Shown here piece after piece: positions 12,166 through 25,350 of a DNA stretch of 64,000 nt. Every line of letters starts with the position of its first letter. Position 1 is the stretch's first letter. Source of the stretch: the human T2T-CHM13v2.0 reference genome, Homo sapiens. The stretch lies in assembly GCF_009914755.1 (NCBI RefSeq), contig NC_060934.1, one strand, 5' to 3'. Below the pieces are notes generated by a model. That model was not told where the DNA came from, searched no databases, and worked only from the letters and a program-made list of their open reading frames with translations. Position numbers and translations under genes: made by a program.

Positions 12166-15100
12166 ATGTTGCTGTACACCTAATTAACAGAAAAATGCAT
12201 CATAAATTAAAATTCTACATCGCTGAATGATGCTAAGAATCCTTGTGTGGTGCATCTGACTTTGAAATATCATTAACATGCACCAATGGTACAAGAACTC
12301 ATCCCATCCTGGATTTTTTCATCTCAACTTCTCTACTTGTGTGCACTACTGAGACATAAGTATCAGTATCTCCCTTCTCAGAAGCTCAGTTGATGGACTC
12401 TTAATTTTGTTTTGCTACAGAAATACTCTAGAGTCAGGACAGATGTAAGGTCAGATGTACTTAGGAGTAAATCTTAAGTCACAGATGAACACTAAGAATA
12501 AATAAATAACATTCAAATTTAGTCTATCATTTATGGAATCTAACAGCCAGTATCTCTTTCTGTAGTTGTTACCCAAACTAGAGAAAACAATAAAAAGAAA
12601 GTATAAAAGATAATTAATTTATCATCCATATACTAACAGTGTGTCTCAAAAATGAAAAGGATATTTTAGCAATTTGACCATGTAATGTGGTTAATACATA
12701 TTGGAACAAGCCATAGTCAGTTCAAATGCAAGTGTGATGAGACAGTACAAAATAGGAAGAAAACTTAGTCTGTAGGATAAAAATGTCCTTATCAGGCTGT
12801 ATGTCAAGTAGTGATGTAGCTTCTCCACCTCAACCCACCTCCAGTCTAATGGTATGTAAGGTAACTAGATCAAGCTTCTAGTTCCTCTAACCCAGTGGCA
12901 TCCTTGCTCCATGGAGGCTACAATGATTACCAAGTCTATTCAGAACTTTAAGGGCCTAAGGAGGCAAAGGAAGCAAGTCCACTCACTGGCATTCTTATTT
13001 GGCCTAAATATTTGTCTTTTTTGGCTTGTTAGTTTATTGACTGAATGCAATCTTATCATCCTCAAATGTCTTCCAAACTTGAGCAATTCTTTGTATTCTC
13101 AAGTATATCAGGCATAGTTTAATGTTGCAGGCCTGATATAGAAAAAATATATTGTAAAGAAAATAATGAAATGATAGATTGTGAAATCAAAACAGAATAA
13201 CTTGAGAAGCTCAAAATGGGCTCCTTTATAAATGGAATTTCTTTCCAAAACTTCTAGTTTCTCTGATACAATATTGTGACTGGTATGCACTGGTATAATG
13301 TACTTTGAATATATATTTAAAAATATTTTTGGATCCCTGAAAACTTTGCCATATTGTCTTCTAGCTGAAAAAGCTGCTGTGAAGAGGTCTGAGGTTTGAG
13401 GGACATTTGCCCTCTTGTAAATAGCTTAATGCCTGATTTTTTTTTCTGTAATATGCCATTTTAAGCAGCAAATGTAGAATCTTTACTTCAGAAAAATTAT
13501 GTTCTCATATTCTACTTTGAACAGCATTTATTGTCATTTATTGGCTTCTCTACCTGAAAGACACCAATAATCCCTAATTATTTTCAATACCGAATAGCTT
13601 TAGATTTCATTAATATATTTATCCTTTCCCTTTACATTTTCTCAGCATTTTTTCCTATCATTTTAAGCAAAAACTATTAATGAGAACAATTTAACATTGT
13701 TCTCCAGAGAAATTATTTTGGTTCTTTATCTACATCATTAGATCAGTAATTTCTCTTTTTATATCATATATCCATTTTATTTTTTGAAATTTTGTTATTG
13801 AATTAATTTTTAGTAAGATGCTAAAGTAGGGAATAAAACAAATACAGAAAATTTCTTCCTGTTCATTGAGTTATGTTTTCCCTTAGGTAGGGCCCTTTGT
13901 CTATTATATATCTCCTCCTTCCCTCCCTCCCCTTTTCTTTCTTTCTCTTCTTCCTTCCTTTTCTCCTTCTCTCTCTGTTTTTATTTCTTACTGAATTCTT
14001 CCCTGTACTTTATTTATACAAAAACATAATTTATTTTCATCTTGCTCATGCTTGGGGATTTCTTTCCAAAACTTCTATTTGCTCTGATACAATACTGTGA
14101 CATTTTAAATGTTAATATTTACAACTCTATCTGAGACTTGCTTGTTTTCCTCTCTGAGCGACAGCTTAACGGTAATTATTTGTGTTTTATCTACACAGCT
14201 CTTAGGAGAAGGCCCATATAATTGCTAAAGTGGTATAATTTTTGTTGCTGTTGTTGGAATATTTGCTTCTGTTCTTACTTGGTAAATAGTCAAATTTTCT
14301 TTACCAAGATTCACTTTACATAATTGGAGGGCATATATGATTTCATGGAGGGATATCTTCCAAGTTTCTGTTTCATTCGAAATGTGTTGGGCAGCCCTGA
14401 AATCCGTTGTGTGACAGAATTCCTGCTTTATTTTTCTTTTCTTCATTTATCCCAACCTTATTCCCAATACTCATTCCCTTACTACTCAGTTGAAAAAAGA
14501 AAAAGAAAGGATGCCGAGACAGTTTAAGTTGTTCCAAATTTGGAAATACTTTTATTTCTTCAAAATTTTTCCCAGGAAATATAAAAATGGTTCACAATCA
14601 ATTCTTACCAGAATATTCCATTTCTTTCCTTGTTTTGTTTGTTTCTTAATTGGTTGGTTGATTTAATTGGCTTTTTGTATTTTTCTTGTTTGTTATTGTT
14701 GTTATTGTGATTTATCATGTTTTTCATTCGTCATTGTGGAAAAGAGGTTCTATGACACGGCTTCAGTCGGCCATTTTAACCTGAACATTTCTCTTTATCT
14801 CAGCTTGAAATGCACCTCAAAAAAGGAAACCTTATATTGCATAAACCCAGTAAAATTTCTTAGCCTACTCTTCAAGGCAAGCTGATATTTTATATGAAAT
14901 ATTTCAACAGGATTATAGCTAAGGGTGACTTTTTTATATAACAGTAAGCAAAGGAAATAACTTTTTCCATTATTTTTCTCTTGTGGTAATTTCAATATCT
15001 CATTTCATTGCATTATAGTTGCCCTTGCAGAGGAGTTTTTATTGTGTTTTGTTTAAATAAAAAAAATTACGTAACTCAGTTATCTCTTCAAGAGTGCAAT

Positions 15101-16018
15101 TTTCAGGATTTGCTTTACAGCCTCACAGACTAATTTTTTTGTTTGATATTATTTTCATTCAAATCTAAGAAATGGGAATTAAAACTCAGACAGAGATATG
15201 AGGACTTCTAGATTTCTTCTGCACAAACCAATCAGAGAAAGTAAAACATAATTCTCCTTACTTTTAAAAGGATTTTTTAAAGTGGCCCCTATGTGCAAGG
15301 ATTATTCTCCTTTCATTTTCCTGTTGAAATTTATTAAAACTATTTTGAACAAAGCTCTTGATATTTTACTATAGGACACATCCCTACATTAATTCTAAGG
15401 AAACAGGAAAAAGGCTCTAACAGCTGTTCCCCTTCTTTACCTCAATCTCAGCTCAGTAGGATATTCTGTTGCTTTTCTTTCTACAGTGCACATGATAAAG
15501 AGTTTCAGGGTGATTTTAGAAAACCTAACAGCATCTGGAGGTGTCAGTGTTCTTGGTAGCAATTTGGTTTGAAAGGGAATATATACTGAGATTTGAACCC
15601 ACTCAAACTTCAGGTAATCCAAGGTTAGAATTAAGTACAATTTTGTTCAGTACAAAGCTCTGGGTAATGAGAGAACAGCAATTTACTTTTCCAATTCACT
15701 AAAAGAAATTTTCAAGAAACTTTAAAAGGAAGGGTCAGGTAAGCTTTTAAAACTCAAATGGTTAATCCAAAGTAACTCTTGAACTCTTCAGTTTAGCTAG
15801 ACTGCAAAAACTGGACCACGTCCTTAAATATAGAAATAATAGACCAAAAGAAGTCAAGAAAAGAGCCTACTGGTCTCAAGGAGTAGACAACTGATGACAA
15901 AGTAAGAAAAAAGTTCACTACAGAAGATGTGAAATGGCTACCTTTATAAGGCATACTTAGAACTTTTCAGAATAAACGCTTTTAAAAATATTTTAAATAA
16001 TTTAAAAAGTATATATCA

Positions 16019-16376
<358 letters not shown>

Positions 16377-19298
16377 TCACAAATGGCCTGCCACAGGGAA
16401 TAATTCCCACGGTATACGTGTCACTGAATTGGTCCCCATGATTGACCTGCCAGTTCCTGTAGCCACAAAACTCTGAACTTGTGGACAGATCTATGGCAAA
16501 GCAGTGATGTTTTTCTATCCTAGCGTCAATACATTTAGGTTAAATATCAAGCAACTGTGCATTTTTAATGGATTAAGTCATTCCTGAGGTTATGGTAAGC
16601 AATGCGTAAAAAAAGTAGTTATTTCATTATTCACAATTGGCAAATGATGAATACTTCAAAGGAAAGTTTAGTTGGAGTCATTGTATATATAGTATTGATT
16701 TTGAATAATAATTCCAAAGAGTGCAGATGACATGAAAATGTGCAAAGTATATCGCACAAGGCAAATGAGGAGAGAATGGATAAACGTGAAAATGAGAACA
16801 GGGAGCACTGATCCAAAAATTGCATTTGAAGTCTGTGTGATGTAAATAGCAAGGCTGCTGTCTTTACATGTTCTGCAGCAGAGAGATGTCACATCTAATT
16901 CCCTATTCAAAGTGGCTTCAGTTCACCCAGCAACATTATCAGTAATTACAAGGAGAAAGAATCACTCACATTATGAAAACCCAGGCTCTGGCAAAAAGGC
17001 CTCTGTTAGGATCCAACCTGGTTCGTCCTGATGAAGGACCTGTTCCAGAACAAGAAGGGCTCCTTGTGTTTGAATCAGGTCTTTCCTCTCTTGCTGCTAT
17101 GCGATGGAGAGTGTTCTGCCTAATGCAAATTCACCAGGGTAGCCCAAGAATTAGCAAGAATTCTACATTTATATTGGAACAATCTCTCCAATTGTGCTTT
17201 TGAAAAAGCACTACTCATATAGATTCTTGTTGCTTCTAATTTATTCATTTCATTTCTTCAGATATTGTGGGTTAAAAATGTCCCAAATGAAACTGTTACT
17301 GACACGTAGATAATTTTTCACTTTGTTAAGCAGAATTCTGCTTTTTAGTGCCTGGTTATAGACTAAACACAACTCAATAGTAAGTGCAACTCAACAGATC
17401 CGCAGACCCAGTGGGTTTCCTATTACCCTTTGCTTTTCCAGTATGACAAAACCTCGAAGACTGTAGGTTATTTCACCAAGTTTCAAAATTGTGCAAATGC
17501 TGCTTCTAGTAACATTTCTCAAGCTCATTTTGCTGCCTTTTGTCTCCCCAAACAGAGCCTCAACTGCTGCACACATATCATAGCACACAAAACTCTTCTG
17601 TCTGTGCAATCAGTAGCAGATAGATACTCTAGACTTAGAAGTCTCCAAGAAAAAGACATGTCATTCACTTCTATGTCACCAGCTTCTGGATTAGGATCTG
17701 TGTTGCAGTAGGTATCCTCCCCATCCCCCAACACATACATACTCAACAGAAGAAAACAAAAACCCAAAACTAATAATGTATTGAATGAGTTAATGAAGAC
17801 ATGGAAGAGGAGGAAATGAGACTAATTCAGGAAGTCGGGAAAGACATTCTTGAGAGGGTGAAGCTTGAACTAAGATCTGAAAGAAAGTAGGATTTAACTG
17901 GGTGAAGGAAAATGAGGAAAAAAACAAAAGATTTTTCCTGTCCATTAAATTAAGACCCCAAAATCCTATTGACAACCTCATAGGGTTTAAGATAGAGCCA
18001 CTCATAATAGTAGAATGAACTGGGTCATGGTGCCTCCATGCTAACCTGTGGCTGAGGCTACTGACCTTCAGCCCTCCATTCATGAGTACCGGGTCTCTCT
18101 TCTTACAACATCACTTTTGTATACTCAATTTCTGATACAGATAGGGTTCTTTCTTCTGCCCTGGAAAAGCCCTGTTGTAACACCACACTTGTCTCTGTGT
18201 TACTATCATGAAGTCCTGTTCCATCAAAGTTTCTTCAGCAATCTCAACTTGATTCCCTTTTGTTTTAACCATTTTCTTCATCTCGATGGTAGTTTCCTAT
18301 GGATATATTCTGTTATTTGCAGGAAGAACTGCAGATATAACTAGGTACCTACTTCTATATATTTTCCCATTTTCAGTCATACAACTGATACAAGTGATAT
18401 TCCATCACTCTTCTCTGATTACTGGTTTCTTCACTAAACTGTTTTCTGCATTTCCTGGTGAACAATTTTATTGCTCGAACAAAATGCAGAAATTTCTTTT
18501 TGTGAAGGCTTTGCCTGGCCTGTTTGGTGGGGCTTGGGTTATTTGATAGGCTGTGGATCCTGAACACATATTCTTCCTCCATGGGTAAGACCAGAGTTTG
18601 CAGGAACACCTTGCTTTTTCTGCCCTCTTGCTAAGAATAAGCTACCATTGCCTTTGAGCAGCCGCCATACACAATAACCATCACCAAAGACTGCAGGGCA
18701 CCATACATTCACATCCACTCCTGGAGTTTTGGGAGGATGGAGGTTCTGCTAAAATGGCACACTCATGTGGAAATATAATCCCACAGATAAAGAATAAAAG
18801 AGGTAGAAGGAAGAACAGGTCAGCATGTTTCTTTGACTAGGGAAACTTAAATTCCTAACTTCAGAGACCAGGCTAGCCCAAGATTCATTTCTGGACCTCT
18901 TTTACAATGGAAATTCTTCATAACAAGAAAAACTAAAAATCCGATATTTACTATTCAAAAGTGGCCCCTTTTATATTTATTGTGATTATATTAATATTTA
19001 TGTTTACTTCAATATATTCAATATATACACATGTATTAAGTGTTTAGAGTGTCGGGGTTAACACACATTTATAAAATGATACATTATCTGAATTCAGAGA
19101 ATTTACAATCTACATAAGGAGATATAAATCAAATAATTGCACACACATATGAAATTTCAATATGTAATTATGACTGTGTATAAACAGTAGCTTGGTGAGA
19201 GAAGAGATAATGATTAACTCAGGAAGAGAGAAAGTAAGTCTTGAGAAAAGGAAGCTGGAACTGAGATCTGAAGGAAAATGAAAATTAACTAAGTGACA

Positions 19299-21624
19299 AG
19301 ATATGTTTTGCAGTGTCACCACCCAATTCTCATCTTGAACTGTAGCTCCCACAATTCCCATGTGTAATGGAAGGGATCTGGTGGGAGGTAATTGAATCAT
19401 GGATCTTTCCCATGCTGGTCTTGTGATAGTGAATAAGTCTCAAGATCTCTGATGGTTTTATAAAGAGGAGTTCCCCTGCACAAGTTCTCTCTCTTTGCCT
19501 GCCGCCATCCATGTACGACATGACTTGCTCCTCCTTGCCTTCCATCATGATTGTGAGGCCTGCCCAGCCATGTGGAAGTGTGAGTCCATTAATCCTCTTT
19601 CCTTTATAAATTACCTGGTCTTGGGTATGTCTTTATTAGTGGCATGAGAACAGACTAATACAGTAAATTGGTACTGGTAGAGTGGGTACCAATTTACTGC
19701 TGCTGTAAAGATACCCAAAAATGTGGAGGTGACTTTGGAACTGGGTAACAGGCAAAGGCTGGACCAGTTTGGACAGCTCAGGAGAATATAAGAAAATGTG
19801 GGAAAGTTTGGAACTTCCTAGAGACTTGTTGAATGGCTTTGACCAAAATGTTGATAATGATATGGACAATGAAATCCAGGCTGAGGTGGTCTCAGATAGA
19901 GATGAGCAACTTGTTGGTAACTGAAGTAAAGGTGACTGTTGCTGTGTTTTAGAAAGAGACTGGTGGCATTTTCCCCTGCCCTAGAAACCTGTGGAACTTT
20001 GAACTTGAGGGAAATGATTTAGGGTATCTGGTAGAAGAAATTTCTAAGCAAAAAAGCATTCAAAAATGATTTGGGTGCTGTTAAAAGCATTCAGTTTTAA
20101 AAGGGAAACAGAAAATAAAAGTTCAGAAATTTGCAGCCTGATGATGTGATAGAAAAAAAAAACAAAACACACACCTATTTTCCGAGAAGAATTCAAGCTG
20201 ACTGCAGAAATTTGCATAAGGAGGAGCCAACTGTTAATCACCAAGACAAAGGAGAAAATGTCTCCAGGGCATGTCACAGGGCTTCACAGCAGCCCCTCCC
20301 ATCACAGGCCAGGAGGCCTAGGAGAAATAAATGGTTTCACAGGCTGGGCCTAGGGCCCCCCTGCTCCGTACAGCCTGGGGACTTGGTGGCCTGCATCCCA
20401 GCCACTTCAGCCACAGCTAAAAAGAGCTAAGGTATAGCTCAGGCTGTTGCTTCAGAGGGTGTGAGCCCCAAGCCTTGGCAACTTCCACATAGTGTTGAGA
20501 CTGCGGGTGCACAGAAGTCAAGAACTGAGGTTTGGGAACCTCTGCCTAGATTTCAGAGAATGTATGGAAATGCCTAGATGCTCAGGCAGAAGTTTGCTGT
20601 AGGGGTGGGGTCCTCATGGAGAACCTCTGCTAGGGCAGTACTGAAAGGAAATGTGGAGTTGGAGCCCCGGCACAGAGTCCCTACTAGGGCACCACCTAGT
20701 GGAGCTATGAGAAGAGGGCCTCCATCTTCCAAACCCCAGAATGGTAGATCCACCAACTGCTTCCACTGTGCACCTAGAAAAGCTGCAGACATTCAATGCC
20801 AGCCTGTGAAAGCAGCTGGGAGGGAGGCTATACCCTTCAAAACCACAGGGGTAGAGATGCCCAAGGCCATAGGAGCCCATCTCTTGCATCAGTGTGACCT
20901 GGATATGAAACATGGAGTCAAAGAATATCACTTTGGAGCTTTGAGATTTGACTGTCCCACTGGATTTCAGACTCTCATAGGACCTTCAGCCCCTTCATTT
21001 TGGCCAATTTCCCCTATTTGAAAAGGGTATATTTATCCAATGCCTGTACTTCCATTGTATCTAGGTAGTAACTAGCTTGATTTTGATTTTACAGGCTCAT
21101 AGGTGGACATGACTTGCCTTGTCTCAGATGAAACTTTGGACTGTGGACTTTTGAGCTAATGTGGAAATTAGTTAAGACTTTGGGGGACTGTTGGGAAGGC
21201 ATGATTGGTTTTGAAATGTGATGACATCAGATTTGGGAGGGACTGGGGCAGAATGGTATGGTTTGACTGTGTCCCTACCCAAATCTCATCTTTAATTGTA
21301 CCTCCCACAATTCGCACATGTCAAGGGAGGGACCCAGTGGGAGGTAATTGAATCATGGAGGCGGGACTTTCCCATGCTCTTCTCATGAGAGTGAATAAGC
21401 CTCACAAGATCTGATGGTTGTAAAAAGAGGTGTTCCCCTGCGCAAGTTCTCTCTCTTTGCCTGCCACCATCCATGTAAGATATGACTTGCTCCTCCTTGC
21501 CTTCTGCCATGATTGTGAAGCCTCCCCAGCCATGTGGAACTGTGAGTCCATTAAACCTCTTTCCTTTATAAATTACACAGTCTTGGGTATGTCTTTATCA
21601 GCAGCATGAGAACAGCCTAATACA
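19299..21624 (+). mobile_element. Complete THE1 (THE1A/B-like, ERVL-MaLR) provirus: LTR 19299-19662, internal region 19663-21253, LTR 21254-21624
   Basis: Two homologous ~365-bp LTRs ending (g/c)ctaataca; internal region starts gtaaattggtac and ends atttgggagggactggggcagaa; 5-bp TSD tgaca (19294-19298) / tgacg (21625-21629); flanks on both sides look like L2. Confidence 0.95.
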
Positions 21625-24600
21625 TGACGGAAAGATGGAAGAGCATTCAAAGACAGTAGCATGTAGAAAAGCCCTTTGACATCACTGAAAATTGTAATGG
21701 AAGGCAGTAATTCCTGGAGAATAAACTGTCACATAAAACACAGTACTAAATAAAGCCACAGCAGAAATAGAAATATGCATGCAGGGCCTGGCTGTCCCTG
21801 TTTAGAAACTTTATCTTAATCCTACAATCACTGGAAGGACGTTAAAGGGATTTTAAGCCTGTGGTTTCCCTCATGGAAAGATACATTGGCTGCTCCCTGT
21901 AGAGTGAGTTAATACTTCCCTATATGGCAACATGGTGGACTAGATATTGTAAATATCCTCTGAAGTATGCATAACATTAAAACATAGCTAAATTTACAGA
22001 AAGAAATACAAACTCCAGGTTTTAAAAAAGTGACAAGGGGAAATGAAAATCAGTGTAACAAGCTCACACTGATGATCCACCTTCCTAGAAAGATTTACTG
22101 TTCTGTGTAACCTATAGGTTTAATTTTAATGACTTATTGGGAGAGAGAGATAGGAGAGTAATTCTCATGTCTTTGTATGATTCAAATAAGAAAATTAAAA
22201 GTAACTAGAAAATATGTAAAGAAATAATGAAATGCTCCTTATCAGGTTGTTCTAAACTTCAGATTTTTTTATCTTTTAGCTAACCTCTTACTAAAATCAA
22301 ATGGTTAAGTTATATAAAATAAACACACACACACACACTCTGACACTCACATTCACTCACACACACACACAAATATATATTCCTTAGAAATTTACCAAGG
22401 ATTCACATTGTGAGTGTGCAAGGTTCTGAAAAGAAAGGAGACTCTTTGATGGATGCCCAACATCCCAGGCTAATTCTTCCCTGAAGGCATTTGGTGATTC
22501 TTAAGCAGTGCCTAGGGAGCAGCTAAGCACCGTTTATGAGGCAGCATTTCTCACCTCCTCACACTAACTCCAGCTCCATCTTACAGAAGCTGTATTCCAG
22601 GAAAGAATGGCTCCCTTTCTTCTCTCAGCCTACACTCATAAGGTGAAGCTCTACCCCAGGAGTGGAAAGCAGAGAACGCTGGACCACAATTACCCTTGCC
22701 TCAGCTTACTTAAAGAATGGAGGCCCCACGTCATGAATGGTGAGCCATGAAGCCCAGAGGCTACAGCACCCTGCTTGTAAGGCACAGATGTCATTCTGAG
22801 AGAAGATATTATCTGAAATATCCAATTTTCAACAAAAATTATGAAACATGCAATGAAATGAAAAAGTGTAACTTACACAGTGAAATAAAGAATGATAAGC
22901 AATAGGAACGGCCTTTGAGCAGCTATTATAAATATGTTAAAAGAACTAAATAAGCCACATTTAAAGAAGTAAAGAAGATATAATGACAATGTCTCCTCAA
23001 ATAAAGAATATTAATAAAGAGATAGTTTTCTTTTTAAAAAAAGGGAAATATATAGAACCTCAGAGAAGTATGAGACACCACTAAGTGCATATACATGTAA
23101 TGGGAATACCAGAAGTACAGAAGTGAGAGAAAGTAGAACAAAAATTATTCAAATACATAACGGATAAGAAAATTAATATACAAATTATTTATTAAAATAA
23201 TTAAATATTAATTAATTTTAAAATTATTAAAATAAATTTGTATATTAATTATGCATTATTTATTTATTGACTTAAGAAACTCAACTAATTAACTGTAAGC
23301 AGAATAAATCCAAAGATACTCACACACAGATATATCCTGATAAAAATGTTGAAGGCCAATGATAAGAAAATCTGAAAAAGAGCAGGAGAAAAATGACTTA
23401 TGAAAAAGTCAATCCCAGTAAGATTGGTCAATTTCTTATAAGAAACTATGAAGGACAAAATGCAGTGGGATGATATCTTTAAAGGGCTTTAGGAAGAAGG
23501 AGTAGAGTGGGGAAGAATTGTCACCTCAGCCCAGAATCTCATATAGCAAATTCTCATTAAAAAGTGAAAAAATAACAGAGATTTCATTGCTATCAAACTA
23601 ACTTTATAATAAATACTAAATGAAGTTCTTCAGGCTGAACAAGTGATCCTAGAAAGTAATTTGCCTTTGAGCAGCTATTATAAATATGTTAAATATTTAA
23701 ATGTTAAATAAATATATATTTATACACACATACATGCACACATACACAGACATACACACACATACAGAGAGTGCTGGCAACAGTAATTGTGTAGGTAATT
23801 TAAAACACTGTTAGCTACATATTTCTTACCCTTTCTTCTCTTAACTGATTTAAAAAGCAATTATATAACATGATATGTATATCACTGTGCTGCTGGGCCT
23901 ATAATCTATAGCTATTTAATACATTTGCCAATAACAGAACAAAGGAGTTGGGTACGAGCAAAGTTGTATTTGAGTAAAGAAATGACATGATATAACTAGA
24001 ATTCACAGGAACAAATACACAGAACTGGTAACATTTTTCTAATATAAACTCTATAAATATATACTTTCTCTCCTTTCTTCTCTCAACATCTTTAAAAAAC
24101 CTATAATTATCTAAAGTAAAACTACAATGATGTACTCTATTTATAATATATAGATGTAGCATGCATAAAAATAGCACAGAAAATGCTAAAAAAAAATAGA
24201 AATAACGCTCATAGGCCTCACTGGAATTAAGTTGGTGTAACTCTGAAGTAGATATTGATAAGAAACTAGAATAAGTCCTAAGAGAAGGAACCTTAGAAAA
24301 AGAAAACTTTAAAAAATATAGTGCACAAATTGTTTATAAATTAAAATGTTATTTACACTTAATGCAAAAAAACCAGTAATGCAGTCAGAGGAACATAAAA
24401 AGACATGTAATATGTAAAAAAAAACAGAATAAAATGACAGATATAAATCCAAATCTATCAATAATAACACTATATTAGATTATAAGATTCTAGATTATGT
24501 AGATTAGATTATAATTATCTCTAAAATAGATAATTCTGTGAAAATGTCAACAAAATTCATAAAACTTTAGCTAGATTGTCCAATAAAGATGGATAAAAGG

Positions 24601-24867
24601 CTCAGCTACTAGAATTAGAGATGACAGAAAAAATGTAACTGCTGACCATGCAAAAATATAAATGATCATAGGAGAATACAATGGACATGAAATGAAATAA
24701 AAGATGAAAATTATAGAAATAAAAACTACTAACTCAAAATGAAATAGAAAATCTGAACACAAAGAAAGATTGAACAGTAATTTTTAAAACTTTCACAATG
24801 AAAAATTCAGGCCCAGATCACCTCACTGGTAAATTGTACAACATATTTAAAAAATAGATTCAGAGGT

Positions 24868-25176
<309 letters not shown>

Positions 25177-25179
25177 AAA

Positions 25180-25350
25180 AAATAGATTCGGGAGTACTGT
25201 GCAGTTTTTTTACATGGACATACTGCATAATCGTGGGGTTTGGGCTCCAACCCAAATACTGAACATCATATCCACGTTGTACCCAATAGGTAATTTTTCA
25301 ACCCTTACCCCTCTTCTACTCTCTCCCTTTTCGGAGTCCCCAGTGTCTAT
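25180..25350 (-). mobile_element. L1PB/late-L1PA 3'-end fragment nested in the older L1M
   Basis: tagattcgggagtactgtgcag...ttacatgg...gtacccaataggtaatttttcaaccctt...gagtccccagtgtctatt. Confidence 0.7.

Noticed and set aside
16973-17203. 76-aa ATG-initiated ORF (MKTQALAKRPLLG...)
   Set aside because: No recognisable homology or supporting promoter or exon structure.
20578-21021. 147-aa plus-strand ORF as a gene
   Set aside because: It lies entirely within the THE1 internal region and is a remnant of the MaLR internal ORF, with no independent evidence.
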